NCBI GenBank assembly: GCA_963932905.1
Contig: CAWVRN010000010.1
Coordinates: 54,809 to 118,808, forward strand
Length of the DNA: 64,000 nt
Origin: an uncultured Bdellovibrio sp.
GTDB lineage: Bacteria; Bdellovibrionota; Bdellovibrionia; Bdellovibrionales; Bdellovibrionaceae
Reading direction: 5' to 3'
The notes below the pieces were generated by a model. The model ran no database searches. It was not told the DNA's origin and saw only the letters and a program-made list of their open reading frames with translations. Below, piece after piece: positions 21,116 to 32,456 of the stretch. How positions within the stretch are numbered: position 1 is the first letter of the stretch; each line of letters begins with the position of its first letter. Position numbers and translations under genes: made by a program.

Positions 21116-21131
21116 AGCAAAGTGGGTTCCT
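21116..21131 (-). promoter_or_regulatory. Putative sigma54 promoter of the PilZ gene
   Basis: AGGAACCCACTTTGCT is GG-N10-GC with the canonical TTGC -12 element. Confidence 0.55.
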
Positions 21132-21234
21132 AGTTAAAAATACTCTAGTTGAACTGGATGTAATTTTGTAGACAGTTGTCATGGAATAAAAAACACCCCA
21201 CATACTTTAGGCGAACCATTTCGATCGGTTCAAA

Positions 21235-23160
21235 TTACTCTTGCGCCAAATCTAGACAAACTAACTCTTCAAGCTCGGCAATCTGCTCTGAAACATCCAA
21301 GGTATTGGTTAAATCGTATTTAATAAACTCAGACGAAGAAGCCATGGGCGCTAATCCGTAGAGCTTGCGACTGTCTCTAGAGAAATGAAGTTTCACCCCT
21401 GTAGCGCTGCCAGGAAAAATCCTCACTGTCTTTAAACTCTTTCGGCTGACCACAAAAACACGTACTAAATTGGGATCATTGACTGCAAACCACTGACCAT
21501 CGGGACTCAACGCCAGATTAAAATCCTGTTGAATGCGACACATCTTGAACCGATCCACGGGTGACCAGGATTTTACGTCGTAAACCAAAATTTGAAATCG
21601 AAAATTTTCATAGCCCACTACCCACAAAGTTTGACCATCGTCCCCAAGTTGCAGACTGGATGGACTAAAATCAGCCAGCGGTGTAGTTTTTATGATCTTA
21701 TTTGTATCCCCAATATCGATAATTGCGATTTCATTTTTGGTCGCGTTCACTGCATAGAGCTCGCTGCGCAAGGGATTTATCTGAAACCCGATCGACCGCC
21801 CAAACGGTTGACCAGCAGCACCGTCGACCTCTGAGTCTAAGGCAATAGTCTTTAACACAGATTTCGTTTGAACATCGATCACTGATACTGAATTATCAGC
21901 CCCATTTATCACAAAAGCACGAGTCTCATCTGGACTCAAAAAAACATCTCGGGGAAATCGCCCTAATGAAATAGACGCCTCGACCTCACCAGATACTAAA
22001 TTTACAAATGTAGCCTGGTCGCGCACCATCGAAGTTACAATGGCCCAAGATTCACCTTTGTTGACTGCGACTCCCGCCGCTCCTTGACCACGACATAGAT
22101 TATCCGAACATCCAGAACTCCTATCTTTTGGAAATCTCTGACCTTGAATAGTTTTGATAACTTTAAGATTTTCGATATCGACAACATAGAGTGCATTTGA
22201 GTTGATATCTGTTAGATAGGCACGATCTAGTTTTTCATTAAAAACTATTTCCTCTCCACCCGTAAGACTTAGTTTTTTTCCCTCTGCACGTTCACGACTG
22301 ACTCCGGGAAGAAAGGAACGTTTTTCTAGTTCTGCCATTTCCGCATAGGCTTTGATTTTTAAAATGCGAGCCCGTTGTCGCTGAATAAAACTCAATTCTT
22401 CACTAACAGACTGATAGGCCGATTCCAGCCGTTCGCTGGAATTCCCCCGTAGCAAAAGAGACAACCCCGACACCGCAATCAAAACAACCAACCAAGAACG
22501 AAAGCGACTTAGGATTAAAGACGGTAGCGGAATCAAAAAACCAAAGGCGATCAACATACCCGATACTAACCCGCCCACATGACAGGCGTTATCAACACCG
22601 GAAATTGCAAAACCCATGACCAGATTAATACCCACAACCTTAAGCAAGGCCTGAAAATCCACTCGAAGAGATGACTCTCCATCGATGACATTTTGTTCTA
22701 CTACTTTTAATTTTGAAAATAGACTATGCACCAAACAAGCACCTGATATACCCATCAATGCACCAGACGCGCCAACACTGACGATGTAGTTAGCATCTGC
22801 CCAGTGTCCATACCATAGAGCACTAGTAAGCGATGCAAACAATCCACTCAGAACATAAATCAACAGAAATCGCGAACTCCCCCAAATCATTTCAGCCAGA
22901 ATCCCGATCTGGAAAAGCATGAACATATTCAATGCCAGATGAAGCAGTCCACCATGCATAAACAGGGAGGTAAAAAGTCGCCATGGCTGCCCTAATAAAC
23001 TAAGAGGAGCTATATTACCTCCCCAATAAATCAAATCTAAAGGCACCGGAGAAATAGCGCTGACACCATAAAAAACTAAAGTGGAATAAACAGCGACGTT
23101 TACTAAAATTATCCAATTTGACATCCAAGAAAAAAATGTCCTAAACGAACCCAACAACAT
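21235..23160 (-). CDS. Rhomboid intramembrane serine protease fused to YVTN/YncE-like beta-propeller
   Basis: WRLFTSLFMHGGLLHLALNM, VGASG and HVGG rhomboid motifs; C-terminal repeats such as RAFVINGADNSVSVID. Confidence 0.85.
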   Translation of the reverse strand: MLLGSFRTFFSWMSNWIILVNVAVYSTLVFYGVSAISPVPLDLIYWGGNIAPLSLLGQPWRLFTSLFMHGGLLHLALNMFMLFQIGILAEMIWGSSRFLLIYVLSGLFASLTSALWYGHWADANYIVSVGASGALMGISGACLVHSLFSKLKVVEQNVIDGESSLRVDFQALLKVVGINLVMGFAISGVDNACHVGGLVSGMLIAFGFLIPLPSLILSRFRSWLVVLIAVSGLSLLLRGNSSERLESAYQSVSEELSFIQRQRARILKIKAYAEMAELEKRSFLPGVSRERAEGKKLSLTGGEEIVFNEKLDRAYLTDINSNALYVVDIENLKVIKTIQGQRFPKDRSSGCSDNLCRGQGAAGVAVNKGESWAIVTSMVRDQATFVNLVSGEVEASISLGRFPRDVFLSPDETRAFVINGADNSVSVIDVQTKSVLKTIALDSEVDGAAGQPFGRSIGFQINPLRSELYAVNATKNEIAIIDIGDTNKIIKTTPLADFSPSSLQLGDDGQTLWVVGYENFRFQILVYDVKSWSPVDRFKMCRIQQDFNLALSPDGQWFAVNDPNLVRVFVVSRKSLKTVRIFPGSATGVKLHFSRDSRKLYGLAPMASSSEFIKYDLTNTLDVSEQIAELEELVCLDLAQE

Positions 23161-23202
23161 CCCTCCCTACCAACGAAAAAATTAAAACCAAGAACTACCA
23201 AT

Positions 23203-23232
23203 AAAAAAGGCTTCCCACAGGAAGCCTTTTTT
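23203..23232 (-). terminator. Intrinsic terminator of the act operon
   Basis: aaaaaaggcttcc-caca-ggaagcctttttt. Confidence 0.85.
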
Positions 23233-23305
23233 AACAATTCAGAGGTTTAAAATTTTAAAAACTAAAAACCCTTATCTTCGATCAATAAAAATGACGAATA
23301 AAAAT

Positions 23306-24502
23306 TTAGTATGTCACGTGATGGTTGATCGCTTCGTGTAGACGTGGATCTTTCAAAGCTACCATAGAGTGTTTCTTGAAGAATGACGTTACACCCAACA
23401 AGAACAAACCTAAGAAACCAAGGAACAGTCCGATTTCAAGGAAGCCGAATTTGATTAGACCATCATTGAAGTTCGGATAAACCATCCAGTAGATGTCCAC
23501 ATACTGCATAACCAGAATCAAGACAGAAACTGCAATCACGTGATTTTCGTTACGTTTTAGACCGCGAGGTAACAAAGCGATAAACGGAACAATGAATCTA
23601 AAGATCAATAGCAAGAAAGAAATTGCCAACCAGCCATTTTGTGACCGCATGATGTAGTATTCAGTTTCTTCTGGGATATTGGCATACCAGATCAACATGA
23701 ACTGAGAGAACGCGATGTAAGCCCAAAATACAGTGAAACCTTTCATGAATTTCACGATATCATGTTGGTGTTCTACAGTGACGTAGCCTTTTACAAAGCC
23801 AGCGCGCTTGATAAAGATAATCATCAATGCAAGAACTGCAAACGTTGACTGGAACATACCCGCAAAACAGTAGATACCAAAAATTGTAGAATACCAAGTT
23901 GGCAACAACGACATTAACAAGTCTACGCTGAAGAACGAGAAAGACAAAGCAAAGAACGCCACAAACGCGATGGAAATACCGACGTTTTTAAGAGTCAATT
24001 GATGATCGCCCGATTGATCTTGGTGTAATGAATTGCCAACGATGAACCATTTGAATGCAAACCAACCAAGGCAGCAGATCACAATACGTGTCGCCATAAA
24101 TGGAACATTCAAATAAGCTGTTTTCGCTTTGATCAACGCGGATGAATTGATCACGTCCTCATGAGTCCAAGAGAATAGTACTTTTGAGCCTAACAACAAA
24201 ATCAAACCACCGACTAAGATAAATGGAATGAATGAAGTCATCGCTTCGGCATAACGACGAATCGAAGATGACCAACCCGCTTTAGTGATGTGTTGGATTG
24301 CTGCGAAGAACAAACCACCCAAACCTAAGCAAGAAAAGTAGAAGAACGACACTAAGTAACTGGTCCACGTTCTACCTTCATTAAGGAACAAACCTAAACC
24401 GAACGAAATAAGTCCGATACCGATCAAACCAAGGATCAAAACCTTCAATGTGCTTGAAGTATCAAATGGTTTTACTTGTAAATCATGAGAGTGACTAGCC
24501 AT
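23306..24502 (-). CDS. actF: Alternative complex III membrane subunit ActF
   Basis: About 10 TM helices; WYSTIFG and FSQFMLIWYANIPEET; last gene of the act operon. Confidence 0.88.
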   Translation of the reverse strand: MASHSHDLQVKPFDTSSTLKVLILGLIGIGLISFGLGLFLNEGRTWTSYLVSFFYFSCLGLGGLFFAAIQHITKAGWSSSIRRYAEAMTSFIPFILVGGLILLLGSKVLFSWTHEDVINSSALIKAKTAYLNVPFMATRIVICCLGWFAFKWFIVGNSLHQDQSGDHQLTLKNVGISIAFVAFFALSFSFFSVDLLMSLLPTWYSTIFGIYCFAGMFQSTFAVLALMIIFIKRAGFVKGYVTVEHQHDIVKFMKGFTVFWAYIAFSQFMLIWYANIPEETEYYIMRSQNGWLAISFLLLIFRFIVPFIALLPRGLKRNENHVIAVSVLILVMQYVDIYWMVYPNFNDGLIKFGFLEIGLFLGFLGLFLLGVTSFFKKHSMVALKDPRLHEAINHHVTY

Positions 24503-24510
24503 AGATATTC

Positions 24511-25080
24511 CTACTTCTTATAATTTTTTTGTAAGTGTCTGATGTAATTAACTAACTGCCAACGGTACTTTTGAGGTACATGATTCGCGTACGGGCCCAT
24601 CATGCCTTGTCCACGCGAAATCACGTAGTACAAGCGTACATCAGACCAACCACTGACCTTATCATTAGTGATAACCGGTGGTTTTAAAGCCATGAGTTCA
24701 GTAATTCTGTTTTTGGCTTCAACGCCGCCTTCGCCTTTGTGTCCATGGCAAAGTGCACAGTTCGTTTCATAGAATTTTTGACCTGTCCAAAGAACGTCTT
24801 TAGACATGTCACCCGCAATTGGGTTTTTCATTTCTTTTTCAGCCACAGCTAAATCATCAAGTGGTTCAGAAACGAATCCCACAGGAACAGTTCCTTTTAC
24901 AGGTTCACGTCCGCTGATGTGATTAGGTGTGCTTGGATCGTACTCTTGAGGCTTGATGGCTGGTGATTCCATCATGTCTTGAATCAGATCAAAGTTCGGT
25001 TTGCTTTTGTCGAAATGGCACGCAGTTAATCCACTCACTGTAACTAATACTGCTGCCGCATTTAGAAGAAGAGATTTCAT
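24511..25080 (-). CDS. actE: Alternative complex III monoheme cytochrome c lipoprotein ActE
   Basis: Lipobox LTAC; DMMESPA; CALCHG. Confidence 0.88.
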   Translation of the reverse strand: MKSLLLNAAAVLVTVSGLTACHFDKSKPNFDLIQDMMESPAIKPQEYDPSTPNHISGREPVKGTVPVGFVSEPLDDLAVAEKEMKNPIAGDMSKDVLWTGQKFYETNCALCHGHKGEGGVEAKNRITELMALKPPVITNDKVSGWSDVRLYYVISRGQGMMGPYANHVPQKYRWQLVNYIRHLQKNYKK

Positions 25081-25603
25081 TAGTACGCCTCAACTTTCTT
25101 AACGGATTCCGCGCCCAAACCTTTGTAGAAAGTTTCAAGCTTTTTGGCTTCATAACCCGTTTCGTTTTCAGGAACAAAAATAGCAAATTTATGTGATGTT
25201 AAATCGGGATCGATCGTCGGTGGATCAACACGTGGAATACCACAGTGATAAAACAAAGCGCCTACTGAACATAAAGCCGCAAACAATACCGTTAATTCGA
25301 ACATGATCGGAATAAACGCCGGTAATGAAAACGGTGGTTTACCCCCGACATTGATTGGCCAGTCATAAACAGACGTGTACCAAGTTAGCGCTAAAGCAGA
25401 TAACAAACCAGTAGTGCCCGCAACAAATGTTACATACGGGATACTTGAGCGTTTGATTCCACACGCTTCTTCCATTCCGTGAATTGGGTATGGCGAGATC
25501 GCTTCGAATTTTGTCATACCAAGATCGCGAGACTTTCTAGCGGCCTCAAGGATTTGGTGTTCTTCAGTAAAAATAGCGGCAAGGCCTGGCATCAACTTAG
25601 CCA

Positions 25604-25604
<1 letters not shown>
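25080..25604 (-). CDS. actD: Alternative complex III subunit ActD (DUF3341)
   Basis: SPYPIHG and DWPINVGGKP...PAFIPIMFELTVL. Confidence 0.9.
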
Positions 25605-26979
<1,375 letters not shown>

Positions 26980-26980
<1 letters not shown>

Positions 26981-29900
26981 TAGTGACCACCTTCGTGAGC
27001 GCCTGACGCAGCAATTTGGTCTTTACCGTTATTTCTAATTTTAGCTTGGTATCTAACTGAAGGAGCCGCATGCCATTCTTCAAGAAGCGCATAAGATCTT
27101 TCGTTTTTGAATAATTTAGAAACTTGCGAGTTAGCGTCATTCATATCACCAAACACGATAGCATCGGTTGGACATGAAGTTTGACATGCTGTTTTGATTT
27201 CGCCGTCTTTTAATGGGCGATTTTCAAGTTTCGCATTGTTTTTACCTTCTTTGATTCTTTGTACGCAGAATGTACATTTTTCCATAACCCCGCGGACACG
27301 AACGCCCACATCTGGGTTCAAGGCCATGTTACCCGGAGCTGTGATTTTCTTAGCGTAGTTGAACCAGTTGAAACGACGAACTTTGTATGGACAGTTGTTC
27401 GAGCAATAACGAGTTCCTACGCAGCGGTTGTATACCATTTCGTTTAGACCTTCGCTTGAGTGAACCGTCGCAAGAACCGGACATACTGTTTCACAAGGCG
27501 CATTATCACAGTGTTGACACATGACTGGTTGGAATACGGCATGAGCATCTTCTGGTTTTCCAGTGTAGTAACGATCGATGCGGATCCAGTGCATTTCACG
27601 ACCTTGCATAACGTATTTCTTACCAACTACTGGGATGTTATTTTCAGACTGGCAAGCCGTCATACAGGCAGAGCAACCTGTGCATGAATTTAGATCAATC
27701 GCCATACCCCATTTGTGTCCGTTGTACTGATGTCCAGACCATACTGACCAAATTGGATGTTTATGAATGATGTGATCTTTTTTAGTTTGATATTCTTTTA
27801 GAGTCGCTTCAACAACGATTTGACGACCTTCCATTGAATGGTGCGTCTGTGTGTGAGCGATTTCATATTTTTTACCAGTTACTTTTACTTCGGCTTTAAC
27901 GCCTGCGAAAAGAACTTGGCCTTTTTCATTAGTTTGAACTAATTCGTAGGCATTTTTACCGATACCGTTACCGACTGAACCTACATGTGTACGTCCGTAA
28001 CCAACTGCGATCGCGATGACGTCATCTTGCAAACCGGGTTGAACTAGCACTGGCAATTCCATTTTGTCTTTGCCAACAGTGATTTCGATCAGACTGCCTT
28101 CTTTAACTTTTAATTTCGCAGCCGCTGCAATTGAAATCGAAGCGTAGTTATCCCAAACTGCTTTAGTCACTGGATCTGGAAGTTCATGTAACCAACCGAT
28201 GTTAGCTTGAGAACCCATACCGTCACCAAATTGGCTAGTTGGATATAGAACTAATTCCCAGCCTTCAACGGCCGCTGGTTTTTTCAAATCTGTTAAACTT
28301 GATACCGAGAAACTGCGTGAACCATCAGAGCCTTCAACGTCACCGATAGATCCTGTTTGAAGAAGATCTTGCCAGTTTTTATCGAAGCTTGAACCTTTAC
28401 CATGCTTAGGGAAAATTTCTGTTTTCCAGTAATTTTTCAAGTAGTCATAGTACGATTCAAATTCTTGAATGCGCTTAGGTCCCACTTTAGCTTGGAAGCA
28501 CCAGTTCATTAACGTGATCTGCATGCTTTGCGTATCATACATAGGTTTGATCGCCGGTTGTTGGATCGCGAATACTCCCGATACCATTTCCGCGTCACCC
28601 CAGTTTTCCATTGAGTGATTTTCAGGAAGTACGTAATTCGCCCACATTGCCGTTTCGTTCATACGATCGCCGATGTAAACGACTGTTTCTACGTTTTTCA
28701 AATGTTCTTGGAATTCTGCCTTAGCTGGCAAGCCGTAAGCAGGGTTCACACCGTGAATAACAAGAGTTTTAACTTTCTTGTTTTTCATCGCATCGATCAA
28801 TGAAGTCATATCAGCGTGTGATGCTGATGATGTCATTGAACGTTTGTGCTGAACGGTTTTGCCATCATTTTCTAAAGCTGAGTTTAATAAGTTCACTACA
28901 ACTTGAAGTGCTAATGATGTTTCTGATTGAGTTTTCAAACCACCCGCCACAACTAACGATTCGCCTTTAGCGTCCCATAAGTCTTTAGCGATTTCTTTCA
29001 ATAATGCTGGTTCGATATTTAAACCTTCAGCTGGGTTACCGAATGAATTCAACCAGTTCTTAACATCAGAATTACCTGCGTAGGATGATTTACCTTGTTT
29101 CACGATCAATTCTTGCGCTAACGCCACCGCCACTTTTAATTGTTGCGATGGTTTAATACGAACGCGGATATCCGCGTTGGCGCCAGTTAACGAGTAGTTC
29201 GAATCAAATGCCACCATACGTGACATGTTTGCTAGATCTTTACGAGTTTTTGAGTATTGCTTAGTAAATACCGTTGGCGCAATCCAAGTTCCCAAGAAGT
29301 CAGCATCGATCGACACTGTCATTTTCGATTTATCGAAACGGTAGAACGGAAGGACATCAGTGCCGTAAGATGCTTTTTGGCCCTTACGAACATCGTCATT
29401 CGCTAAAACTTCCCACGCTACGTGAGTCGCTTTGAAACCCTCAGAGAAATCTTTAACGATCGCTTGAGTTGATGGCGATACAATGTTTCCAGTTAGAACG
29501 TAAACGCCACCTTTTTTCAAAGATTCTACGATCGCCGTATCTGCGTTTTCCCAAGAGACAGAGATTGTGTCTTTGTTTGTGCGTTTTTCATTGAACAAGT
29601 TTTTCTTAGGCGCTGTTAAACGATCTAAGTCATATAATGATAGAATATGAGCTTGTGAACGAACGCTTGTTCCACCTTGATTTAATGGATTGTTCGTTAA
29701 GCTTTCCAATTTTATAGGACGACCTTCGCGTGTTTTAATCAAAACACCAAGGCTTTCTTGCCCATCAAAGAATGTAGATGTGTAGAAGTTAGGAACGCCG
29801 AACGTTACTTCTTCTGGTTGTTTATTATAAGGAACGATTTTTTGAACTGGGCGACGGATGCAGCTGGCAGTTGAAAGCGCCATTGAAGCACCCATTAATT

Positions 29901-30129
29901 TTAGGAACTCGCGACGAGCCCATGGGTTTTTCGCCTCTTCTTCACGTAAAGGCGAAGACATGAATTCTGTATCCACTGCTTTTTGGAATTCAGGATCTTG
30001 CATGTATTGGTCAATGCTTAACCAATGGTTGGCTTGGTTTTTTTCAATCTTTGGACGAGCAGCCTTTTTCGCTGCTAATTCCGCTTCATCGTGCTGGTGA
30101 TCATTGTGATCGTGGTGAATTTCAGACAT
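26980..30129 (-). CDS. actB: Alternative complex III subunit ActB (molybdopterin oxidoreductase-like plus Fe-S domains)
   Basis: RREFLKLMG TAT-variant signal followed by Cys; C-terminal CTGCSACMTAC, CQHCDNAPCETVCP, CVGTRYCSNNCP and CTFC...CQTSCP. Confidence 0.93.
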
Positions 30130-30142
30130 CGGTTACCTCAGA

Positions 30143-30706
30143 TTAATGGTGACACGTAGTGCAGTTAAGAGGAGCTTTGTTTTCTTCTTGTCTATGGCAG
30201 TTGATACAAAAGCCCATCGACAAATCAGCTTGCTGAGTCACTTTTTCCATCGTCTCGATTGGACCATGGCAAGTTTGACAGTTTACGCCTTTAGTAACGT
30301 GCGCCGAGTGATTGAATTGAACGTGATCAGGCAACATGTGTACGCGAACCCATTCAATAGAGTTACCCGCATCATACGCTTCACGCATTTTTTGTATGTG
30401 TGGAGAATCTGTTTTCACTTGTAGGTGGCAGTTCATACATGTTTGCAAAGTAGGAATATTCGAGTGTTTAGAACGTTCGACTTGGTTATGGCAATACTGA
30501 CATTGCATACCCAATTTACCCACATGTAGTTCGTGTGAATAAGGAATCGGCTGTTCAGGCTTGTAACCCGTATTGTAGCCCCAATCTGGTTGAAACTTAC
30601 ATCCTATCACCAGCGACGACAGGCCCACTAAGGAACCTAAAAAGAAAAGAGAAACAAGCGCTTTCACCACTCTCTTTACTTCTAACTTTTTGAAAAATAT
30701 AGACAT
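30143..30706 (-). CDS. actA: Alternative complex III pentaheme cytochrome ActA
   Basis: Five CxxCH motifs (CQYCH, CMNCH, CQTCH, CINCH, CTTCH); PEQPIPYSH. Confidence 0.92.
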   Translation of the reverse strand: MSIFFKKLEVKRVVKALVSLFFLGSLVGLSSLVIGCKFQPDWGYNTGYKPEQPIPYSHELHVGKLGMQCQYCHNQVERSKHSNIPTLQTCMNCHLQVKTDSPHIQKMREAYDAGNSIEWVRVHMLPDHVQFNHSAHVTKGVNCQTCHGPIETMEKVTQQADLSMGFCINCHRQEENKAPLNCTTCHH

Positions 30707-31174
30707 GAATTATCCTAAATATTTTTTAGTTTAATAATAAAAAAAATTTGTTAATGCTCTATTTAAAATACCAAATCTGCGATTTTGCAAGATTCTTTTT
30801 GAAAACCAATTGAAATTTTTGAATTTGAAAAATACTGCTAAATAAATAAGCACCTCCAAGTTTTTCACTTCTGCCCATCCCATTTGCATTTTCAAAATCC
30901 AAACAGAAAAAAGCAAAAGCTTTAGCTCCATCAAAACCAATCTCAACCACACCGTAAACTCAAGAAAACAAAACTTTCAAAAAGCAAAAACCTGCCAAAC
31001 AAATATACCCCGTAAAAAAAGTCACACTACCACCAACATCCACTTCAAGATTTCTTGAACACCACCAACTCCGCACACAGACGACCACACGAATGAAAAC
31101 CAATCTCATTCGCATAACCACAAAACCCTCACCCACGTCGAAACCTTTCGAAAAAGCTCCCACCAAACACCATT

Positions 31175-31260
31175 GGGAGTGGGCGGCTGGGTTGGTTTTA
31201 AAAACCGCCAAACACAAATCACTTTTTGGGGTTTGAAAACCAACCCAGCCGCCCACTCCC
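31175..31260. repeat. Perfect 25 bp inverted repeat with partly paired spacer
   Basis: gggagtgggcggctgggttggtttt (31175-31199) versus aaaaccaacccagccgcccactccc (31236-31260). Confidence 0.92.
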
Positions 31261-31498
31261 CCTTGCGTTATAACTTTTTCAATTTCAGGATTTCGTTAAT
31301 GTTCACAAACCCCCAAGCCGAATCCAACACTTAACCAAAGCCCGCCACATAGCTGTTTTCCCTCACCTTTTGGGAATTGAAAAATCACCTGTAAAAAACA
31401 AATACACTTGGGACGAGCGACATCCTTGTGTTATTTCTTCGCGAGTCAAAAGAGCTCGGGGTGGGCTCAAAATTTAACAAATCTTATTCGGGGGAATA

Positions 31499-31972
31499 AT
31501 GAAATCAATTATCGCAGTCGCACTTATCAGCACACTATTATTAGTAGGCACAGTTATGGCCGAACCATCACCTAATTCAGATTGCAGCATCCGCCGTAAC
31601 GGTAGCTACACAGGTGAGGTTATCAGATGGAACCAATTCTTTTCACGCGTAGACCAACACTCTCGCAGTTATGGGTGTTCAGTAGGAAAGATCTCTTACA
31701 CGGCAGAAAGCGGTCGTATGTATATAGATGGACGCAAAGTCGGTTCAAACCTATCAAATTCAGAAGTGGCTCGCATGAAACGTATTTACGGTTATTCTGA
31801 ATACTCGTGCCCTACTTTCACGTGCGATGAAACTGGCTACAACTCACCGTCGTATCCATCATATCCTACTTATCCAACTTATCCTCCGAGCAACCTATCT
31901 TCATGTATCCGCAAGCACATGAATCAAGGTTATTCAGCGGCGACAGCACGTCGCTTATGCGGTGGCTACTAG
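31499..31972 (+). CDS. Small secreted Cys-containing protein with (PSY/PTY)n repeat
   Basis: Signal peptide MKSIIAV...VMA; GGGGG SD; PSYPSYPTYPTYPP; C-terminal C-x17-C module. Confidence 0.75.
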   Translation: MKSIIAVALISTLLLVGTVMAEPSPNSDCSIRRNGSYTGEVIRWNQFFSRVDQHSRSYGCSVGKISYTAESGRMYIDGRKVGSNLSNSEVARMKRIYGYSEYSCPTFTCDETGYNSPSYPSYPTYPTYPPSNLSSCIRKHMNQGYSAATARRLCGGY

Positions 31973-31993
31973 TAGGAATTTAGTTTTTCTAAG

Positions 31994-32023
31994 CATCGAC
32001 GGGCTGGATTCAGTTCGTCGATG
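31994..32023. terminator. Hairpin downstream of the 31499-31972 gene
   Basis: catcgacgggctg-gatt-cagttcgtcgatg. Confidence 0.5.
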
Positions 32024-32066
32024 AGGTTTAAAGTTTTGGGGTTAGTTTTTCAAATGGGGTTATCAA

Positions 32067-32441
32067 TTGGGACATAAAAACAGTGTATTTTCAAAATTCA
32101 GATTTACGACAGCACTAGCTGTGGCGGGTTGGCTTTTGTTAATCGCTAATTTTGCCCATGCGGTCGTGACCACCCAAGCTGTTGATAAAAACCAGTGGAA
32201 CACTTGTCACGCCGAACTTGCCGCCAAAGGTTATTCGGTTCAAAAACGAAGTGATTTCTGTCGTCGCCCATCTCCGGCGCAATGGACATGCTCACAAACT
32301 ATTTTAAGAAAATATCATTCATTAGAATTAGCTCAAGAAACGTGCTTAACCGCACGAACGAGCGAACTTGGTTGTTTTAACCAAGTCCTAAATCGTAATT
32401 TCGATCCTTACGTTGCCAAACGCGTCTGCAAAATAAAATAG
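32067..32441 (+). CDS. Small secreted protein with three C-x17-C repeats
   Basis: Signal peptide ending AHA; three regularly spaced Cys pairs. Confidence 0.7.
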   Translation: MGHKNSVFSKFRFTTALAVAGWLLLIANFAHAVVTTQAVDKNQWNTCHAELAAKGYSVQKRSDFCRRPSPAQWTCSQTILRKYHSLELAQETCLTARTSELGCFNQVLNRNFDPYVAKRVCKIK

Positions 32442-32456
32442 ATCGCCAGATAAAAA

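Noticed and set aside
30731..31256. Three minus-strand ORFs of 63-98 aa
   Set aside because: Products of the skewed low-complexity tract (F/V/G-rich), with no recognisable motif.
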